Shown here piece by piece: positions 27,767 through 32,000 of a stretch of DNA of 32,000 bases (position 1 is the first letter of the stretch; each line of letters begins with the position of its first letter). The translations under genes were made by a program, and so were the position numbers. This DNA is from Mesoplasma florum L1 (lineage in GTDB: Bacteria > Bacillota_I > Bacilli_A > Mycoplasmatales > Mycoplasmataceae): the NCBI RefSeq assembly GCF_000008305.1, contig NC_006055.1:1-32000 (forward strand), read 5' to 3'. A model generated the notes under the pieces. That model saw only the letters and a program-made list of their open reading frames with translations. It was not told the origin of the DNA and made no database searches.

Positions 27767-29887
27767 ATGAAAAAACTATTATTAACACTATCATCTGTAC
27801 TTATAGTTGGAGGAGCCGCTGGTTCTGTTATTTCATGTGGTGTAAAGCCAGAAAAAGAAGTTGTCTTTGCCTTAATTGGTGGGTCAACAATGAGTGATAA
27901 TGACTTAGAAAAACTTAATGCATATAAAGAAATGGCTGATGAATTTAATAAAACACATTCCCAAGAAAATGGATTTGCTCCCATCAAGGTTGTCTGAAGA
28001 GATTCTAATTATCTTAATAATTCAGTTCTTTCTGGGGATAATTTACCTGACTTATATATATCTTATGTGGATGCTGCGTCAACATATCTTGAATCTACAG
28101 TTGCTGATCAAGTAAGAGATATGGAAGATTCTATGGGTGAAGAAGGTTTTACAAAGTTTACAAATGATTTAATAACACCAGCATTTATTAATGAGGGTAA
28201 ATATAAAGATACTCAAGTTGTTTTACCATTTGGTAAATCATTTGATATATCAGTTATTAATGTAAATTTATTGTTTGAATTTATGGGGCTATTTAAAAAT
28301 GCTGGAGTTGAAAAAAAACTAGAAGAGCTTAAAACAACATATGAAGCCTATAATATAAAAAGATCTGATGTTCTTGAGCAACAAACTGAAATGTCAGGAA
28401 CAAAAGTGTTTAAGGATAATTTAAAAATAGTAGGCTCAAACAATAATGAAATAAAATCAACAGAAAATGAAATTGTTTTAGAGGAAAGTAACTACAATTA
28501 TTTAATAAATCTTTTTACTAATGTGGAAAATAGTATTGAAGGTATTAAATCCATTTTTGCATCAACTGATAATGTTTTAGAATTGACAAAAGCAATGAAT
28601 CAAATAATTCAAAGTGATGGTTTAGATGTAACTATTAAAATTGATAATAATCAGTATGTAAAACCAAAAGAAAGATATAATTTTGCCTTTGGAATCGATT
28701 CTCTTGATAATAAATACTACATGGATTATGCATCAACTGATACTGGAACTGAAATTATTGATATTCAAAACAGTGAAGATTTTTGATATAAAGCAACTTA
28801 TGAAAATAAAAAAGCCAATATTGAATTGAATTCTAAATCTAAAAGCTTTAAGGATACATCAAAATACCTACAAGGTATGAAAGAAATTGCATTAAGCAAT
28901 AAAGGCCAAGAAAATAAGCTGACTTACTCTGAACAATGAAATGGAGTTTTCTCGACATCAAGATATGAACAGAATTCTCAGTCTAGAACATATATAACGC
29001 AAGATTTTACAAAAGGGACTATGTTTATGGGCGGTGCATCATCAGCAAATGATTTTTACTTTACTTCATCATGAACAAAAAAAGTAGATGTTTATAGGTC
29101 TCAAGAAACTTCGTCGGCAATAGCACAAGAAAATAAGAATGTAACTTACACGCCTGTTACTAGAGCAGATATTATAACAACATCCAAAACAAATGAGTCA
29201 AATCCACAAAAAGCTGTGTTTATGTCTCAAGGGAGAGGAATAGCTGGTTTTAAATCTAATGGTAGTAATGCTGCTCAAAAAGAAGAAAGTGTAAAAGGAT
29301 TTTTAAATTATATTATGCAGCCAATTCCTTCAGCAAGGTTTGCATTAAGAACAAGTTACATGCCAGCAACAAAATCAGGCATGTTAGTCTATGAAAATTA
29401 TTTAAATGGAAATTTCAATAATGCAAATGGAGAGCCTCAAAATCAAACAGAATTAGAAAAAGCAGTAAAAGAAATAGAACAAACGTATAATGGTAATGAA
29501 AAAATAACAGATTCAGAAATTAAGGAATTGGTTCCAAAATATTTTTATCAAATAATGACTAATGGTAAACCTGAATGAAAAGCCGGCATTAGTCCAGTTA
29601 ATACAGGATTTATAAATGATTATTTGAATCCAAAAATAGAAGATAATGATCCAAATATTAGTTTAGTTTCGTCAAAAGCAAATCCAGTGACTGATATAGT
29701 TAGAAGCGGTATTAAAAATTCAATAAATGGAACAAATACAATTATGGATTTAGCCAAAAAACCTAACATGAGTTTTTATGATTTATTAAGTGAAGCAAAA
29801 GATCCTAAAGACCCATCATATTTAACTTACTGATTAAGAAGAAATCAGGGTGATTTTTATCAAGAAATAAATATTAATCATAAATAA
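27767..29887 (+). CDS. Lipoprotein, ABC-type (sugar) solute-binding-like (706 aa)
   Basis: MKKLLLTLSSVLIVGGAAGSVISCG lipobox; ALIGGSTMSDNDLEKLNAYKEMADEFNKTHSQENGFAPIKVVWRDS and DNLPDLYISYVDAAS resemble extracellular binding protein family 1. Four track fragments share one frame through TGA=Trp. Confidence 0.75.
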
Positions 29888-29964
29888 AAAATAATTCAAT
29901 AATAACTAACATTTATTTTTGAATTTTTAAATTGTATATTTATATAGCAACTGAATATTAAGAA

Positions 29965-30028
29965 ACTTATACAGGGTAGCATAATGGGCTACTGACCCCG
30001 CCATGAAACCTATTTCATGACTATAGGT
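29965..30028 (+). promoter_or_regulatory. 2'-deoxyguanosine (purine-family) riboswitch aptamer
   Basis: ACTTATA-CAGG-GTAGC-ATAATGG-GCTAC-TGACCCCGC-CATGAA-ACCTAT-TTCATG-AC-TATAGGT. P1, P2 and P3 all pair; L2 (..GG) and L3 (.CC..) can kiss. From memory the core matches the M. florum dG-I aptamer ACUUAUACAGGGUAGCAUAAUGGGCUACUGACCCCGCC... Confidence 0.9.
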
Positions 30029-30047
30029 CTTTATAAACACTTTAATT

Positions 30048-30090
30048 AAAGTTTCTTTCAACATCAAAACTTGAAAGAAACTTTTTATTT
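30048..30090 (+). terminator. Riboswitch expression-platform terminator
   Basis: AAAGTTTCTTTCAA-(catcaaaac)-TTGAAAGAAACTTT, 14-bp perfect stem followed by T-rich sequence, upstream of the ORF it would control. Confidence 0.85.
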
Positions 30091-30125
30091 AGTTGAATTT
30101 TTAATAAAAAGAAAGGAAAAACATA

Positions 30126-30965
30126 ATGAAAAAATTAATAGCAATTTTAGGGGCAGTTGGATTAACTGCTACAGGTTCAGCAAGTTTATTAGTTTCTTGC
30201 TCAACACCAGTTGAAAAAGATTTTTCTTCTGAAATAGGCAAAATGGTAAAAGATTACATAAAAATTGATCAGGGAACTATATATGAAGATTCAAATGAAA
30301 TTTATACAAAATTGAAATCGTTTAATAAAGAAATGGAATCTGAAATTTTAAAATTAAAAAATGTAGATGGAGTTTCAAAGTTTAATGAAAAAGAAGGAAC
30401 ATTTTCTGATCCTGATTCAAGCATTAAACCATCAAGCGCAGATGCGGTATGATTTCATTCAGTTTACACATCATCAAGTGTAAGCGAATTCTCAAATAAT
30501 AATGATTTTAATAAGTGAACAATTACTATTCAATACAGAACACCAGCAACTAATAAAACAACTGGTGAATTATATTGAGGAAAATATAATAAAACTTACA
30601 TAAATGATATTGAATTTTTTAAAGCTAAAAAACCTAATGCGATATTAAAAAACTCAGATGGAACAGAGCAATCAGAAAATTCTTTTACTCTTGTAGATAA
30701 TGAAGTAAAGATTAGAGTAGATAAAGGTTATAATAGAGAAAACATAATTCTTAATGGAAATGAAAAAATTACGGATATAAATATTTCACTTGATACTCAA
30801 TTATTTGAAGAACCTGAAATAAAATTAGGCAATGATAAATTCCCAACATATTTTGATTTAACACTTAAATTAAAACAGGGACAAACATTATCAGTAGACC
30901 AAAAAATATTTATTAAATTACCATCATTTCAAGATATTAAACTAATAATTAAAGCACAAAATTAA
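30126..30965 (+). CDS. Hypothetical lipoprotein (279 aa), downstream of the dG-type riboswitch
   Basis: MKKLIAILGAVGLTATGSASLLVSCSTPVEKDF lipobox; frame continues through TGA=Trp to TAA 30963-30965; SD GAAAGGA. Confidence 0.8.
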
Positions 30966-30974
30966 TAACAGTGA

Positions 30975-30980
30975 TATAAT
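30975..30980 (+). promoter_or_regulatory. -10 element of the second riboswitch transcript
   Basis: TATAAT 30 nt upstream of the P1 strand of the second aptamer. Confidence 0.5.
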
Positions 30981-31004
30981 TTTGTTAACAACTTAATATG
31001 AAAA

Positions 31005-31067
31005 ACTTATACAGGGTAGCATATTGGGCTACTGTTCCGCCTCAAGACCAATCTTGAGACTATAAGT
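31005..31067 (+). promoter_or_regulatory. Purine-riboswitch-fold aptamer, dG-I-like with altered J2/3
   Basis: ACTTATA-CAGG-GTAGC-ATATTGG-GCTAC-TGTTCCGC-CTCAAG-ACCAAT-CTTGAG-AC-TATAAGT. P1 7 bp, P2 5 bp, P3 6 bp are all perfect; P3 covaries with the first copy. Confidence 0.85.
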
Positions 31068-31069
31068 GT

Positions 31070-31103
31070 AAAGGTTTTTTGGTTATCAAAAAACCTTTTT
31101 TAT
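31070..31103 (+). terminator. Expression-platform terminator of the second riboswitch
   Basis: AAAGGTTTTTTG-(gttat)-CAAAAAACCTTT followed by a T-run. Confidence 0.85.
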
Positions 31104-31148
31104 TATCTAAAGTTTTTCTTTAGGTTGTATTCAAAATTAGGGGGAAAT

Positions 31149-31826
31149 ATGAAAAAATTATTAGCAATTTTAGGAGCAGTTGGATTATCAGTAACAGGAG
31201 CTTCAATAGTAGTTTCTTGTGGTGGTAATGGTAATACTGATATTACAGATCCTGAAACAGGCTTAGTTGCATTATCAAAAATAAAAAATTTAACTTTAGA
31301 TTTAGGGGAAATTGGAGAAAACAGTTCGCTGAATATATCTAAAGCTTTTTTTGAAAAAAATGAATCTGTATTAAAAAAAGCTGTTGGAGATACATTAACT
31401 GCAAATATGTTTTATGTTTCAAAAATAACTTCAACTTCAGCAACAATTACAGGTAAAAATACTAACCAGGAATTATTAAGTCCATCTGCAGATTTTGCAG
31501 TAACAGTTAGTTTTACATCAGAAAGCGATGGAAGAATAGACTTAGCAAAATTAGAAGGTCTAGTTACAAGTAATTTAATTGTTAATAAAACAAAGTATCA
31601 AGGAACAGGAAATTATGACAAATCAAATGCTATTGCAGATGCATTAATAGAAGCAAATAAAGAACTACTAAAAGAAACAGTAGCAAAAGATTTTTATTTA
31701 TTAAAGTCTGATCTTGTTGAACCGTCAGACGGCAAACCTGGTGTAGCAAAATTAGAAGGTAGCACATCAAGTTTAAAAGTAAAAAGTGGTTCACCAGTAG
31801 AAATAACATTTACACTAAGCGAATAA
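31149..31826 (+). CDS. Hypothetical lipoprotein (225 aa), downstream of the second riboswitch
   Basis: MKKLLAILGAVGLSVTGASIVVSCGGNG lipobox. ATG 31149 has SD AGGGGGAAA; the track start 31125 is an overextension. Confidence 0.8.
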   Translation: MKKLLAILGAVGLSVTGASIVVSCGGNGNTDITDPETGLVALSKIKNLTLDLGEIGENSSLNISKAFFEKNESVLKKAVGDTLTANMFYVSKITSTSATITGKNTNQELLSPSADFAVTVSFTSESDGRIDLAKLEGLVTSNLIVNKTKYQGTGNYDKSNAIADALIEANKELLKETVAKDFYLLKSDLVEPSDGKPGVAKLEGSTSSLKVKSGSPVEITFTLSE

Positions 31827-31831
31827 AACAA

Positions 31832-31857
31832 AAAATAGACATTGGTCTATTTTCTTT
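31832..31857 (+). terminator. Intrinsic terminator after the second small lipoprotein
   Basis: AAAATAGAC-attg-GTCTATTTT followed by cttt. Confidence 0.6.
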
Positions 31858-31975
31858 GTGACTCTTATTTAATTTGTATATATAATAATATCACAAAAAT
31901 TAACACTTAACATTGTATTTAGTTTTTATAAAAAATAAATAATATATTATAATATCTTTAACTTAATAAAAATTA

Positions 31976-32000
31976 ACTTATACATGATAACATATCGGGT
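31976..32000 (+). promoter_or_regulatory. 5' part of a probable third purine-family riboswitch, truncated by the window edge
   Basis: ACTTATA-CAT-GATAAC-ATATCGG-GT: same P1 strand, a 7-nt L2-like loop ending GG, then the start of a P2 complement (GT of expected GTTATC). TATAAT at 31948-31953 lies 28 nt upstream, close to the 30-nt spacing of copy 2. Confidence 0.5.

Overview
The window is an AT-rich mollicute chromosome segment (genetic code 4, TGA = Trp), closely resembling Mesoplasma/Entomoplasma. Base 1 is the start codon of dnaA, so it probably begins at the conventional chromosome zero. The supplied ORF track treats TGA as a stop and fragments or misses almost every gene. Read with TGA = Trp the genes are: dnaA, oriC-like spacer, dnaN, a minus-strand MreB-like actin homolog with degenerate nucleotide-binding motifs, rnmV, rsmA/ksgA, gyrB, gyrA, a glucose/beta-glucoside-type PTS EIIABC with a coiled-coil tail, three GH1 6-phospho-beta-glucosidase-like genes, an RpiR-type regulator and a ROK kinase. 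These are followed on the minus strand by mnmE, a YfcC-family transporter, an APC permease and serS, then on the plus strand by hslO (Hsp33), an ABC ATPase with a ~365-aa charged coiled-coil N-terminus, a 706-aa solute-binding-type lipoprotein and two small lipoproteins. The most notable non-coding content is a set of purine-riboswitch-fold leaders in front of the small lipoproteins. One (29965-30028) is nearly identical, from memory, to the 2'-deoxyguanosine riboswitch of Mesoplasma florum. A second (31005-31067) has an altered J2/3 junction. A third appears to begin at the window edge (31976-32000). Both complete aptamers are followed by a strong intrinsic terminator. I see no CRISPR array, rRNA, tRNA or recognisable transposase.
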